Origin: Mytilus trossulus
Lineage: Eukaryota
DNA: 64,000 bases
Direction of reading: 5' to 3'
Assembly: GCF_036588685.1 (NCBI RefSeq)
Contig: NC_086376.1
Location: 40,672,001-40,736,000 of the forward strand
The notes under the pieces are model-generated. The model was not told where the DNA came from, did not search any database, and saw only the letters and a list, made by a program, of their open reading frames with translations. Below, one piece after another: positions 63,501 through 64,000 of this stretch. Numbering within the stretch: the stretch's first letter is position 1; the number at the start of each line of letters is the position of its first letter. The translations under genes were made by a program, and so were the position numbers.

Positions 63501-64000
63501 CTGTTTCTGGATTTTTTGAATATTTCTTAAATACTATAAAACATATAAATAACTAGAAAGCAACAAAAATAATAAACATATCCAATAGGAATACACATGA
63601 AAAAATATATATATATAAAATGGCATAGATGTTAGGTTATAAATAAGCCTCTAGAGTTCCTCTTGTTTAATCAAGACTCTTCAATTCGTATTTCTTTTAA
63701 GAACAGTTTCCAACCCATTTTAATTTAATACCGTGTCACAAGTTATTGGTTTTTTTTTAAGATCGAGGTATCGAATTTTTTGGTGTTTGAAGCAATTTGT
63801 TTTGTTGAGAAGTCTAAAGCGAATACTATTGAAAATAGTTACAGTATAATAAAGACTATTATTTTTATAAGTTTTCATGAAGAACTTTTTCTTTTTTTCT
63901 TTTTGGTTATGATTTTGGTCGGTTGCTATTTACCAACATCTCTTTGCACTTTATGTGTGAAAACTTTCAATTTCTTCCATAAGAGATCAACTAAATTAGC

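Overview
AT-rich animal genomic DNA. Its repeat content looks like a bivalve, probably Mytilus-like (inference). The main content is a head-to-tail cluster of five two-exon K2P (two-pore-domain, TWK/KCNK18-like) potassium channel genes on the minus strand. Each has a single phase-1 intron inside the Gly codon of the first pore signature. Two paralogs have altered selectivity filters (P1 TAIGYG; P2 STIGART), two have a much reduced extracellular cap, and two end in a TASK-like RRxS(L/V)-COOH tail. Mobile elements: a young PAT-type DIRS retrotransposon with split direct repeats (intron of gene 4); a decayed RLE-type LINE; a 2.6-kb CACCGTG-ended element with a 5-bp TSD (Transib/RAG-like ends) carrying a decayed C2H2 zinc-finger array; several hammerhead-ribozyme retrozyme copies of about 360-390 bp; Penelope-like RT remnants; MITEs and minisatellites. 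A ~4.5-kb inverted duplication brackets the fifth K2P gene. All coordinates were read by eye and no searches were run.
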